A stretch of DNA of 64,000 bases from Nematocida ausubeli (GCF_000738915.1 NW_026515640.1:1-64000), one strand, 5' to 3'. Positions 30,501 through 39,733 are shown, counted from the stretch's first letter. Numbers and translations are program-made. The notes: generated from the sequence alone by a model not told the origin.

Positions 30501-33500
30501 ACCCTCAGGACGTACTGAACTCTTTGCTCTCCCTTCAGGATAAACTGGCGACAGGAAAGAGTGCCCTTAAAGCATACTTTGAGGCAATGGACCTGCCCTT
30601 CCTGCACAGGAAAGACGTCTCTATACGCATGGCCAGGATAAAGCTAATTGAAGCAGCGTACGGTCCGTCTGGTGCCTTGGCTTCTTTTAACTCACTCAAG
30701 AACCTTCCGATTATTCTGGAAATAGCACGCGCACTAGACGCCCTGTCAGGCAATTTGGAGAAAGATATTGCAGACCTGGAGACAGCACCGCCTGCATACG
30801 ATGCACTGACTGAGCTGCTTGCAGCTTGCTTGAAGTACGAAATTGACCCATTAATATTCCTGGAGATTGAGAAGATTGAAGAGCAAAGTAAATTGCGCGT
30901 AGAGAGTGCAGTGCGGCAGATGAAAAAGAACTACTATATGTACAAGTACGGAGTGCGCCTATTATATCCACCAGCACAGATAGTAAGAGGACTGGAAGAC
31001 CTGCGGGCAAAGAGAAAAGAGAGAAATTTCAAGAAGTTTGCATACTACTTGCAAGGCGTTGTTAAAGATGCACAGCACGCAGAGTATCCTGAATCACTTG
31101 CCTTCTCCCTGATACGCAGAGATATGTCAAAATACTCTGACTTGTGGGAGTGCTTCTCTTACGCACTTCTGAAGAGCGGAATAGAAAGAATATCTGCCAA
31201 GAAGCAAAGTGTACTCGTATCTGAAATAGGCTTGGCTGCACTGCAGGCATGCGATGGAACTACTTCGCCAAAGGACGGGCTTGCCAGGATATGCAAGTCC
31301 ATGACGCAAAGCGGATCTTCATTCTTGGCACTTGTGCCTCTGCACTCAAAGGCAGCACAGATTCTGTGGCGAATGTTCTCTTGCGATTTAGTGAATCCTG
31401 CAGAAATATTCACTCTATGCGGATCTCTTCTATGCGAAACTACCTTCTCAAAGCACTCACCAGATGCATTCATTGAAGGAAAGGAGAGATATTCTGTATC
31501 AGCAGCATCTGATGGAATAATTTCATCGTATGCAATGCTAGAGCACAGAGGCCTAGATTTGTCTCTGGGTGAACAGAAGGCAGATTACAAAGTCTCAGTG
31601 CATCCACGGATTGTTGAGCAGATAGACCAGACGCACCTTGAGATAAAGAATGCGAAAAACCTCACAGGAAGAATGAAATATGACTGGGGAGAGGATGACG
31701 GTGCAAAACAGCTCCTTCTGGAGCACGTTCTGGAGATTAAGTCTATGCCCGTGGGTGTACCAGCACAGAATGTCGCACTTGAACTGGACCGCCTGAATGA
31801 AAGGGCAATCCACATAAACCTTCTGAGTACGCCCTTGAATACAGCTAGACACGCAATCTACAAGGAATATGCAAACCCAGAGTCATATAACCCAAAGAAG
31901 TACACGGAAATACACGGAGGCTGGCTGCTGCACCTGTTCAGTGCACTCTCTCTTGATTCTTCTAAGAAGCTTGCATCCAGTGAGAATGTGCTGTACGCAA
32001 TTGAAGAATTCTTGCTACAGTCGACTGTAGGGGACATGGAAAAAAGAATTGAAATCATCAGGCAAATGTCTGTCTCTGGAGGCCGCTATGAAATTAATAA
32101 TATTCTTGTATATTTCCTTCCGTACCTGGAGACTGTCAGAAGAAAAAAGGAGAAAATTAGTGAGACAGTGAAGGAAGCCATAAAAGAGGTGGAAACAGCT
32201 CTTGCAATTAAGGTGAGAACAGATGGTGCCATAGTGCCAGTCAGAGAAAAGTCGATCCTTATTAAGGCAAATGCCATAAGAGAAGGTCTTGAGAACTTGC
32301 TGGCTCCAATTGTCTCAGTGATAAAGCCGCAGTTATTCTACAGGACAGTCTCCCTTGCATGCATCTGTGACAAAGAAGAGTGTTACGTCTGCATGGCGAA
32401 GGAGGTGGGAAGACAAAAAAGTCTCTTGGAAAAGGAAAGCATGAGTGTGAAGCTTAGGTCTTTGTATCTTCTCTTTGAAAGGCTCTCTGTCATGATGCCT
32501 GCTGGGATCTCCAGGATAGGAATTATTGGGGCAGGTGACTTCTACAAGCATGAATACACCGGGGAGGAAGATGAACACATTGTTCTTGCAAAGATCGTGC
32601 ACAGTGGAATTGCTGTTTTAAAGGCAGATCCTGTCATTAACTTCCAGATTGCCACAAGAATCTCAGACACTTCGATTAAGCTGCTGAACTACGCCATGCA
32701 GGCCTCGCCTGAAGAGTGCAGGCTGATAATTGTCTCGCTTGGACTGTTCTTTGAGCTCATGACCTTCGGGTTCTGTGGGGATGACGACCAGGAAGATGGA
32801 CTGGATGGCCTTATTGATGAGCTGGAAGATGCTGGCATGCGCCTGGGTGAAGGTGAGAAGAATATCTCTGAGAAGCTCAAAAAGGAAGAAGAGATTGGCG
32901 ATGACTACAAAGATGAAAAAGACATGCAGAGCGATGAAATTGATGAAGAGGATGGGGTAGACTGCGAGAATGCAGGTGAAGTCCAGAACACAGCAGGAGC
33001 TGAAGATAAGCCAGACATTGAAGTTGACAACGGATCTGTCTCTGAAAACGAGGAAGAATTTAACCAGAAGAACAAAGAGGCACCGGCAGATAAAAACGAT
33101 GAAGGCGCAGAGGAAGACCCGGAGGCAGAAGAAAAGAATGAAGAGGAAGGCAGCAATGCAACAGAAGGAGACGAAAAGAACGAGCAGCCAGAAGAAATTC
33201 ACATAGATGAAAATCAAGAAGAAGATGCAGAGTCCCTGAACATACAGGACATGGAGATGTGCGATGAAGAAGGAGGAGAATTCAATAAGGAAGATCTGGA
33301 AGAAGTAGAAGATGGATGTTCGCTTGAAGAAGAGTCCCTGGAAGGAATTGACCTGGAAACAGGAGATGAAGAAAGCAGTGAGAATGTCTCAATAGAGAAG
33401 TACGAAAGCGAAGAGTACCAGGATAATATCAGGCAGTATGAGATTGCAGAGATAGAAGCCAACCCAGAGCAGCTATTCAAAGAGGATGAAAATGAAGACC

Positions 33501-34420
33501 AAGAAAGAATTGGGCACGAAGAAGGCGAAGGAGCAGAAAGGGAAATAGCCGTTGATAAGGGCGAAGAGATGAATGAAGATGCAGAAGACGTAGATGCAGA
33601 AGAAGCATATACAGGAGAGTACCGGGAAACACCTCAAACAGAAGCACCTCAGAAGGCGCCCTTTGAAAAGCCAAATTTGAAGTCTCTTGATCCCCTTGCG
33701 TACTACGAAGAGATCAAGCACATCACAAACCCAGAGCTAACAAAGCAGCTGAGTGTGGTCCTGGAGGAAAATGAGAAATCCGCATACGAAGGAGACTACG
33801 CAAGTGGAAGAAGACTGAACATGAAGAGAATTATCTCGTACATCGCAAGTGACGGGCAGAAGAACAGAATCTGGATGCGAAAGAGCAAGAACCAAGGACG
33901 CGAGTATCTGATAAGAATATTCGTTGATAACAGTGGGAGCATAAAAAACTCCAGTATTGTCGATGCACTGATCAGAAGTCTAACAAGCATCACTAACTCA
34001 CTCGATCTTCTGGGTGTGCCCTTTGAGCTGCACACTTTCAGCTCGACTGTCCACCAGCACCAAGACATGCGCCGTCTCCTGGAAGGCCTTACCTTCAACG
34101 ACAAAGAGACACGCATATCCTGGGTATTTAATGACGAGTACAAATACGGGTATAATGTGCTAATAAGTGATGGTCTCTTTTATGATGGGTCTTTGTCACA
34201 GGGAATGCTCTCGAATACACTGCTGCTAATTGTAGGCAGTGGGGCAATGATCAAAGAAATGCGAACTGTCAAGTCTGTAATTGGGGAGGTTGTCATTGGA
34301 AAATATCTAGAGACACTTGCCATACCGTACTGCATTGTGGATGACGATAACCTTTTGGAAGTTGTTTTCTGCAGGGAGCTAAAGAATATTCTTCAGCTGG
34401 CAAAGCGGTCTGAGAACTAG
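24554..34420 (+). CDS. MDN1: Midasin (Rea1) dynein-related AAA ATPase
   Basis: 3288 aa. Tandem AAA modules (GETGTGKT, GTTSVGKT, GAPGIGKT, GPPGTGKT; LDELNLA and IDEINL), linker, long D/E-rich region, C-terminal MIDAS (VDNSGS, ISDG). Confidence 0.97.
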   Translation: MSSITTEETKIGKASRNTFRLGSPQEIDQFSQEYDIVRKLHVPAEMPNTIKAKEILYAAAKMKKIPVIEIDAEDIQDTASLVEQVHIEEKNIVRREGALVRAMRNGYWLIVNSKEKENPITNYIISEYANIPGTEETPNESFQLFIFSKDYSADSNRGLAYLMQMRREESAENKEKTKDQRRALLQKEDYNALLARKIAQILTQGEAPDEAVMSTAATVLLAIKKYADAYEIECVGREVEERTKIYYHLQMILDRMCVCNIVAPEKGALEARTQLYRILSDVLLSGLSPKERDEKEISLQSMMCVRGEDIEALWSSAAYEATKCLQEETEYVLTVPAIRLILYVVEGLSVANSFLLIGETGTGKTTTVQKIFEKRKTLLTGRYKDARKMLCVNLSKDTDITDLLGSYQFATSEQLILHINDIVQGYFEVFFNEEKNDAFLREVDKAAEDRRVDVIIDTAEDLLAKFSEKSAKEPSQKKETAIAKLAQALSLLKKIEDGAQNVCIFVEGPLVRAALYGYWILLDESNLAPNSTLRYINTAIQRRQLSIIEESGAIIPMSSRTVIFQCINPGDDHGKKNIEMDRTLYHWMDEIDRYPGDVLAVAQGYGKNHDQEEIKNIVQFYTEIKRIAETHGLRTGSNRPALFGIRNLIRTLKMRNIPVVEAIQVNFLTQLCIKHKVLGRKLLQTIFKEEKREVHRLPSTENYVVTPQAQEYIREIESAISTGTAVLLEGTTSVGKTSLIKYIAQSRGKQIVRINNHEHTDITEYLGTFGVSHTNPTETETQIEEDPAVKRRCKGAECKESRNASEFVYKEGALIKAVREGHWILLDELNLAPTEVLESLNRLLDSNRELFIPATQEIVKAHPEFALFATQNPSESTDYRNRKHLSKAFRNRFIEIYVEEKTREELEILLHGMRTGKVFAKVLLDIYEELRILTCNRSHEYITLRELMKILQRFTQDVQAPFIDTQAKQEDRLFYYTMLILTEKIRNPEEKQKIENIVCKHFTKVFKIPCTTKAYIDAISFPLEEDEYSPLLTPGVIRTLRKIEAGWVASENILLVGAPGIGKTYLSEYISRRMQTPSTVLGMHAGIELSDFIGGYRETAARDTEEERPLSSQALESTPRFIWKDGPLLDAMKSGTALIIDEINLVPDSVLESLNELFDDRTLRIHETSQHITAQPGFRIIGTMNPGDDYGKREVGKSISTRFTTIYVDRLENNEEAVKYFLFYAEKYGLFDAHDRSELYRAIHTALAKTQIQVESAREAEVLARYAANYPSDTNIPKNLATIFIEGIELVRQMPVQNIGTLIDTDELFGIHPFVLQKTHAQTKAQNSSYTFSPPTVRETLYRILQSLFCRFNLLLEGPPGTGKTKIIEEVGRRMGKRVTRVNLSNETEMADLTGRNTPTDKGIVFIEGEFIRAITRGDWIIVDEINLATQSVLEGLNGCLDYRRRIFVPEIGSVSLHPETVIFGTMNPKTSRTDGRKLLPKSFLSRFVRIHRGAFSEDDLRIILLQAPTPHSSDPGAVHTLVDQILKSKKSYDLNLRDCLRHMAIGSPHLIPYTQRESADAKKNEQAASQDILEYSGTHLPILKVDKEEEKHSAYPIQRESAPKTHQMQISPVLFYRGTEEGLFIGKAFLQCDLSQDQDYVIAHGNVPALEALVHGINHAWPCIIRGPAGKGRLARFAAAVTRRSICTVSCHKDMEPSDFLGRYVKSDQEKEQGMPFAWEDSSFIKAVEAGAVILLKNINLVKNDVVDRLNSLFEIGGGLEIHEKGGSETRRVITHPETRFIFTLAESAKDLSPALINRSIQVNLSECFSSIDIAKMLCIPAAKNAMPFTTATRHRIPSGLLHTHIRARRIIAYNTVSGTGLRPLLRAPADLQDLGRECPVRNFTLEEDILAHLRTLAQSDLEKEVLDLLAAGRIDESISELVQRLSEHAIEPEYRAVYRNTELYTELKKKYTICAEFAAKSAAEEGSSIKPVDRSAGEMKDPQDVLNSLLSLQDKLATGKSALKAYFEAMDLPFLHRKDVSIRMARIKLIEAAYGPSGALASFNSLKNLPIILEIARALDALSGNLEKDIADLETAPPAYDALTELLAACLKYEIDPLIFLEIEKIEEQSKLRVESAVRQMKKNYYMYKYGVRLLYPPAQIVRGLEDLRAKRKERNFKKFAYYLQGVVKDAQHAEYPESLAFSLIRRDMSKYSDLWECFSYALLKSGIERISAKKQSVLVSEIGLAALQACDGTTSPKDGLARICKSMTQSGSSFLALVPLHSKAAQILWRMFSCDLVNPAEIFTLCGSLLCETTFSKHSPDAFIEGKERYSVSAASDGIISSYAMLEHRGLDLSLGEQKADYKVSVHPRIVEQIDQTHLEIKNAKNLTGRMKYDWGEDDGAKQLLLEHVLEIKSMPVGVPAQNVALELDRLNERAIHINLLSTPLNTARHAIYKEYANPESYNPKKYTEIHGGWLLHLFSALSLDSSKKLASSENVLYAIEEFLLQSTVGDMEKRIEIIRQMSVSGGRYEINNILVYFLPYLETVRRKKEKISETVKEAIKEVETALAIKVRTDGAIVPVREKSILIKANAIREGLENLLAPIVSVIKPQLFYRTVSLACICDKEECYVCMAKEVGRQKSLLEKESMSVKLRSLYLLFERLSVMMPAGISRIGIIGAGDFYKHEYTGEEDEHIVLAKIVHSGIAVLKADPVINFQIATRISDTSIKLLNYAMQASPEECRLIIVSLGLFFELMTFGFCGDDDQEDGLDGLIDELEDAGMRLGEGEKNISEKLKKEEEIGDDYKDEKDMQSDEIDEEDGVDCENAGEVQNTAGAEDKPDIEVDNGSVSENEEEFNQKNKEAPADKNDEGAEEDPEAEEKNEEEGSNATEGDEKNEQPEEIHIDENQEEDAESLNIQDMEMCDEEGGEFNKEDLEEVEDGCSLEEESLEGIDLETGDEESSENVSIEKYESEEYQDNIRQYEIAEIEANPEQLFKEDENEDQERIGHEEGEGAEREIAVDKGEEMNEDAEDVDAEEAYTGEYRETPQTEAPQKAPFEKPNLKSLDPLAYYEEIKHITNPELTKQLSVVLEENEKSAYEGDYASGRRLNMKRIISYIASDGQKNRIWMRKSKNQGREYLIRIFVDNSGSIKNSSIVDALIRSLTSITNSLDLLGVPFELHTFSSTVHQHQDMRRLLEGLTFNDKETRISWVFNDEYKYGYNVLISDGLFYDGSLSQGMLSNTLLLIVGSGAMIKEMRTVKSVIGEVVIGKYLETLAIPYCIVDDDNLLEVVFCRELKNILQLAKRSEN

Positions 34421-34547
34421 AAAGTCAATAAATTTCAATATTTCACGTGGAACATTTATGTCTTCAGACCTTCATACCTTTATACTCTGGGCATACTCGA
34501 GATATACGCGACAGTGCATATTAATATTTTAGGGAGAAGAATATAAC

Positions 34548-34632
34548 AAGATAGTAGATATTGGATAGTAGTAGATAGTATTCTAAGATAGATAGATATT
34601 AGATAGTGAATATTGGATAGTAGTAGATAGTT
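34548..34632 (+). repeat. Low-complexity GATAGTA/GATATT tandem array
   Basis: Repeated 'atattggatagtagtagatagt' and variants. Confidence 0.6.
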
Positions 34633-34749
34633 GCTATATACTCGAATATCTTTGGTCACACACTTGAATGTCTTTTTTTACACGCTCGAATACCTTTTGT
34701 ATTTTTGTTGAATATTTCTTACTATAGACATTTCACTTCTTTAATATTT

Positions 34750-34870
34750 TTTGTTGTCAGTCTCTCTACTAGTAATAATTTTAAATAATTTCTGTTTTTA
34801 GTCTCTCTCTACTACTAGTATTAATAATTCTCTCTACTAATAATATTTTTAAATTTCTTGTCGACAACAA
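34750..34870 (+). repeat. Dispersed CTACTAG-minisatellite element, copy 1
   Basis: Units of about TGTC(TC)nTACTAGTAATAATTTTAAATAATTT, ending aaatttcttgtcgacaaca. Confidence 0.75.
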
Positions 34871-35251
34871 AATTCAATAAAATTATATCCAGTGACCTCC
34901 TAGTACGAAGAATATTTTGGAGAGGAAGAGTGAAGAATGTGAGTTGAAAATTGATGGACTTTTATGCTCGCGCAATAATAATGTGGTATGCTCATGCAAT
35001 AATAATGTGGTAAAATACCACAATAAACATATATGTGGCATAATATTATATAACTCGATATAACCCTATAAGAACCAATCAGTGAATATATGTGAATACA
35101 GACAGTATATAAATAGTAAATACTACAGTATTCTTGCCTTGCAGATGCATGCACTGAATATAACTGGGTATTTTGTTCTTTCAGAATTTTATTTATTTTT
35201 AAAGTCTACAGAACTACCCAGGCAGTGTACGCCTTTTCTTTCTGTAGGATT

Positions 35252-36529
35252 TTAATTTCCTTTGTTATTTACAAACAGAATCTCCTTTAGTGCTGTGCGA
35301 ATCACCTTCTGCTCCTCAAAGGGAAGTGACTCAAGAAACTCAGAAGAGAGCACATGTATGATCTCCTTTCTTTGTAGGTGAAAGTGCTTTATGCAGCCTT
35401 TAAAGGCACGCGAGCCTATTTTGCTGCTTGCAATTTGCTTGAAGTCCTTCATGAAGCAGTCAAACACAAACTTCACATCATAATTGATTATCTTCTGGAT
35501 CACATAGTTTCCTATCTCATGCTGCAGCAGGCTTGTTGAATATGGCGCCATATGCTTCTTCACCTCCTCCACCAACAGAATTTCCTTGATCTGGCTAATA
35601 ATCAGCTGAATCACATACGTCCCATATTTGTGCTTTGCCAAGTAGACAAACTCCTGCGCAGTGAGTGTGGATATGCATTGCAAAAGACCCTCCTGCGTCA
35701 TCTCCCTAATTCTCTCCTGCAGGACAATATTTGAGTTCCTTCCACTTGCCATCCCTATGAAGTCAAGTGACTTGCATGGCTCAACAAAATTCCCCACTCC
35801 AGATTTCATCCGAATCTCTCTTTTCATGCGCTCTTCACCCGTGCACTCAAATTCAGTCTCTTCTATGTTCATTTTCTGTGCAGAGAAGGCCATGTCAAGG
35901 ACACCCAGCAATAAATTCACACTAGGGGCTGGATGCAGAATAGGCATCCTTATGTCATCCCCAAAGGACATTAGTAGAATATATTTATGGGCCTGATAGA
36001 AGGCAAGTGCCTGCCCTACTGTAATAAACTTTGCAGTGCACATTCTTTCCTCAATAGAAATAATAGGCCAGCTCTTTAAGTACATGCACTTCTGACAGAA
36101 ATCAAATCGATAATTCCTATGGGCAGATGTCTCCTTCCTGGTGAATGCATCAATTTTGTTTTCCATGTGCAGACTTTCTTCAATGCACTCTTTCTTTGCA
36201 TTCACAAAAGACACTTCCCCAGTCTTCTCTTCTGGATCCTCGCAGCCAGACGCACAATTACACATACTGCAGACACTCTCTTCATCACACAAGAAGCACA
36301 GGCAGATCGGGTCTGCCCTGCCATTCTGTACTTCTGGGTACCAAATCTGTAGTACCCGGGTCGGCCTGGAGATGCACCCTACACTATCTCTACTATATTT
36401 TTTGTTCTTTTTTATCTCAACTGAACTTTCCATAAGGGGTAAGTTCTTGATTGGATCTATTTTTAACTGTTCTTTTGACTGCGTGGCATGCTTTCCCAGC
36501 CACCTCAGTGAAATAGTTTTGTCTTGCAT
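35252..36529 (-). CDS. Pumilio/PUF-repeat protein with Cys-rich N-terminal region
   Basis: C-terminal repeats LAKHKYGTYVIQ, LLQHEIGNYVIQ and IASSKIGSRAFK; N-terminal CLCFLC...CSMCNCASGC...CQKC. Confidence 0.8.
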   Translation of the reverse strand: MQDKTISLRWLGKHATQSKEQLKIDPIKNLPLMESSVEIKKNKKYSRDSVGCISRPTRVLQIWYPEVQNGRADPICLCFLCDEESVCSMCNCASGCEDPEEKTGEVSFVNAKKECIEESLHMENKIDAFTRKETSAHRNYRFDFCQKCMYLKSWPIISIEERMCTAKFITVGQALAFYQAHKYILLMSFGDDIRMPILHPAPSVNLLLGVLDMAFSAQKMNIEETEFECTGEERMKREIRMKSGVGNFVEPCKSLDFIGMASGRNSNIVLQERIREMTQEGLLQCISTLTAQEFVYLAKHKYGTYVIQLIISQIKEILLVEEVKKHMAPYSTSLLQHEIGNYVIQKIINYDVKFVFDCFMKDFKQIASSKIGSRAFKGCIKHFHLQRKEIIHVLSSEFLESLPFEEQKVIRTALKEILFVNNKGN

Positions 36530-36606
36530 TGCTTTGCGTATACAAATAGAAGACTCTATTTACATAGTGATCACAATGCGTCTTGAATATTATTTTCTTT
36601 ACATCC

Positions 36607-37260
36607 ATGGAGTTATTGCCAATCCGAGCGAGAGCCAATGAGGGAACACCAAATTCTAGTGAACTATTTTTTATAGACAGCAAGAAGTATAGCCCAGAAT
36701 ACTTCATCACATGCGTATTCCCATTTATACCAGGAGTTGAAAAAGACGAGACACCAAACTTAAAGCCAAGGACTGGGTCTCCTGCCATCCGGGTCTATGA
36801 AGATCTGCACAAACAAATAAAAAAGTACACAGCAGATATTGACAGGTTTAAAGAACTTGCAGATACACCCACCATAAATCTGTCAATTGACTTTAAAGTT
36901 CTCAATTATTTGCACATCCAAGACAAAGTGTGCTTCCGGTTTCCCATCAAAAATGAACCAGAAATATATGCAGCAGACTTATTCCGGGCACACTCCATCC
37001 CAGAAGGAGAAGTACTTGCAATATTCATATTTTACATACGGGAAAGCATCTTAGTGCAAATTCGTGAGATACTGAGTCTGCGTGACCCAGAAGGAATTCC
37101 AGTAGAAAAAGAAGAATTTCAGCAAAAACAAGCAACTGTCCATACAGAAGGAATAAGTACCCTAAATCAACAGCACGTCAGATATGACTCATTTGGGAAA
37201 ATTGTGATTTCAAAGGAAACACCAGATAAAAAAAGAAAGAAAAAGCAAGGTGACAGTTAA
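36607..37260 (+). CDS. SNF5/SFH1 (SMARCB1)-like chromatin remodeller subunit, minimal
   Basis: ELLPIR...SPEYF...LHKQIKKY aligns by eye with SNF5 repeat 1 (LVPIR...TPExF...IRQQIxxY); INLSI...IQD...EPEIYA...YIRE aligns with repeat 2. ATG at 36607. Confidence 0.6.
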   Translation: MELLPIRARANEGTPNSSELFFIDSKKYSPEYFITCVFPFIPGVEKDETPNLKPRTGSPAIRVYEDLHKQIKKYTADIDRFKELADTPTINLSIDFKVLNYLHIQDKVCFRFPIKNEPEIYAADLFRAHSIPEGEVLAIFIFYIRESILVQIREILSLRDPEGIPVEKEEFQQKQATVHTEGISTLNQQHVRYDSFGKIVISKETPDKKRKKKQGDS

Positions 37261-37415
37261 AATTAGTCAATAAGAAAATATTCATAACTGCAATATTCCT
37301 TATGCAGTGTACACTTAAAGACAGCATAAATACGTAGTTTATTGTAATAAATATACTTACTACAACAGCCGTAGTATTCTAGTATTACAGATGCACAGAA
37401 ATTAGTCTAGCATCA

Positions 37416-38549
37416 TTATGGGTTTTCATGGTTTATTGTCACAGGAACACCTTCATACTCATCAGACTGCCCAGACAAAAGTACCCGCACAATAGATGGC
37501 ACTTCTGCTGTTTCATCTTGCTCTCTTCTATCTTGCGTGCTAGCTGCAGACTGCGCCTCTTTTTTCGAGTGCACGGCCTTCCTGCAGATGGGACACGCCT
37601 GCTGTCTGTGCAGCCATTCCTTCAAGCACACCAGGTGCAGAATATGACCGCATTCCAATTTCTTCCCTACTTGCATCTCTTCATGGCATATAAGACATAT
37701 TCTATCTGCACCAATGTCATCCTCTGCAACATCTGGGCAGCCTTCTATGAATGTAATTAATGATTTATACGCTATGGTTGATCTTGTCTTAGTAATCAGA
37801 TATTTTATTGCAACGACTGTCTCTCGTAGTAGATTTATGGGCATCCTAAAGTACATTGTAGTGACTACCAGGCACATAATATGTGAGAGTATCTTAACTA
37901 TGCAGAAGGCAAAGTCCCCATAGAACAACAGGAATACTCGGTCTTCAATGCCCGTATCAGGTGCATACTGCAGGATAACCAGGGAATACAAAGACCTAAT
38001 TGTATAAGCAAAGAGAATGAAGAATTCAAATGCGAATAAAATTGAGACATCCGGGGAATTGTACACTTGCGTAATGAACTGGTACGTTAAGAGACTGTCC
38101 ACCACAAAGAGAAGACACACCAAGCCAACCATCCTCTCAATTCTCTGGCAGACAGAACCACTCTTCTCAAGTGCATCTATTCTAAAGCCAACCAGCCAGT
38201 GAAGCACTTTAAGACCAAAGACAAAGGCAAACAGAACAAGTGTCCTTATGGTTATGTAATCTGAAAATAAAGTCACAACTAAGCAAATATTCCCAATATA
38301 ATGCATCCCACTCTCTTGTACTCCTTCTTTTTCTAAGGCACTAAGTTCACCCATTGTGAAAGACGCAAGCACACGGCCCAGAACGTACAGAGTGCCGATA
38401 AAAAATAAAGATAGCAAAAAGTGGTAAACCCGATTTTCAACCAACCCAACAAGGGATTCATACAGATTCTTCCCATTGATGAAATCTGCCAAGCATATGC
38501 TGCATAGTGCACTCAAGTAGACTGCTAAGTATGTTTCATGTCTATACAT
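37416..38549 (-). CDS. HRD1: ERAD E3 ubiquitin ligase HRD1/synoviolin
   Basis: Multi-TM N-terminus (LKVLHWL, ILFAFEF, MPINLLR) plus RING-H2 CLICHEEM...CGHILHLVCLKEWLHRQQACPICR. Confidence 0.9.
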   Translation of the reverse strand: MYRHETYLAVYLSALCSICLADFINGKNLYESLVGLVENRVYHFLLSLFFIGTLYVLGRVLASFTMGELSALEKEGVQESGMHYIGNICLVVTLFSDYITIRTLVLFAFVFGLKVLHWLVGFRIDALEKSGSVCQRIERMVGLVCLLFVVDSLLTYQFITQVYNSPDVSILFAFEFFILFAYTIRSLYSLVILQYAPDTGIEDRVFLLFYGDFAFCIVKILSHIMCLVVTTMYFRMPINLLRETVVAIKYLITKTRSTIAYKSLITFIEGCPDVAEDDIGADRICLICHEEMQVGKKLECGHILHLVCLKEWLHRQQACPICRKAVHSKKEAQSAASTQDRREQDETAEVPSIVRVLLSGQSDEYEGVPVTINHENP

Positions 38550-38587
38550 ATTAGTGTAATTAAAAAATATAAAAATCCATTAAAGAC

Positions 38588-39733
38588 ATGAATGCAATGA
38601 GAGACAACAAGACAGCGAAAAGAAATAAATCACCGGAGGAGATGCAAAGATATACAGTTCTACAGTTTAGTGAGGTACCTGAGAAGATGCCTTTGCACCA
38701 TGTACTGTCACTCATTAAAGGAACGGATATTTTGTCAGTGAAACAAGAGGGCACAGACGTATACATTACGTTCTTCTCTTACTACGAATTGTACCAGCAG
38801 TGGAAAAGGCTTGGGAAGGAAGTTGTCTTGGATGACTACAAAATTCGTGTTAAGCCAATTGAGACTGTGATGGAAGACGAAGAGAGGAATAGATTGTACT
38901 TGTCGCATGCAGCTGGGGGGTCCAGGAATATTATGCTCTCAAATTTGGATGACTTCATGTCGGATGAATTTATTCGGGAAGAAGCTGAGAAGTATGGTGT
39001 AGTTGAGTCTCTTAAGCAAATGAGGGACAGGAAGGTGGCATATGTGGAATTCTATTCTTTTTCGGCTGCACTTGAGTTTGTGGTGAATGTAAGGGATGAT
39101 AGTTTGTTCCAGAATGTGAAATCGTGTTTTGCAAAGGACAAGTGCGGGGCAGGGGAGACAGATGATGTGGCTGCATATAATAACAGGACAGTATACTTTG
39201 GGAATATACCTGCAGACACAACCCCTTCAGAGATTCTTTCTGTTGTCCAAGGAGGACGTGTTTTTATGATTAAATTAATTCGGGAGAAAAAGTGTGCGTT
39301 CGTTGGGTTTTTTAACTACGTATCAGCTGCTGCCTTCATAGAGTACTCCCAGGCATTCTCTGTCTGCATAAGGGGCATGCAAATAAAACTCGGTCCTGGG
39401 AAAATTCAGCCACTTCCTCACATAGCCCCAATCCTTGCGTACAAAGGGGCTACACGGACTATTCACCTTAGAGTAGACAAAAGATCTGTAAATGAGTCAA
39501 AGCTAGAACAAGAATTATCAAGATATGGCGAAATAGACAGAATAGAAAGGAAAGAAGGAGGTATTATATCTGTTTCTTATTTGAGTGCCCAGGATGCACA
39601 TGCAGCCTGCCAGCTCATGCACAGTGATGCAGGGATATCCCACATGATTGTTGGATACGGGGAAGACCCGTGCGCAAAGGTCTCTGCACTGGACCTAATC
39701 ATGGAAGTGCAAAAAAAGGAGTTTATGGCGTAA
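38588..39733 (+). CDS. Multi-RRM RNA-binding protein (Mrn1 / S. pombe Nrd1-like)
   Basis: RNP motifs KVAYVEF and KCAFVGF; RRM starts GGSRNIMLSNL, NRTVYFGNIP and GATRTIHL. Confidence 0.8.
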   Translation: MNAMRDNKTAKRNKSPEEMQRYTVLQFSEVPEKMPLHHVLSLIKGTDILSVKQEGTDVYITFFSYYELYQQWKRLGKEVVLDDYKIRVKPIETVMEDEERNRLYLSHAAGGSRNIMLSNLDDFMSDEFIREEAEKYGVVESLKQMRDRKVAYVEFYSFSAALEFVVNVRDDSLFQNVKSCFAKDKCGAGETDDVAAYNNRTVYFGNIPADTTPSEILSVVQGGRVFMIKLIREKKCAFVGFFNYVSAAAFIEYSQAFSVCIRGMQIKLGPGKIQPLPHIAPILAYKGATRTIHLRVDKRSVNESKLEQELSRYGEIDRIERKEGGIISVSYLSAQDAHAACQLMHSDAGISHMIVGYGEDPCAKVSALDLIMEVQKKEFMA

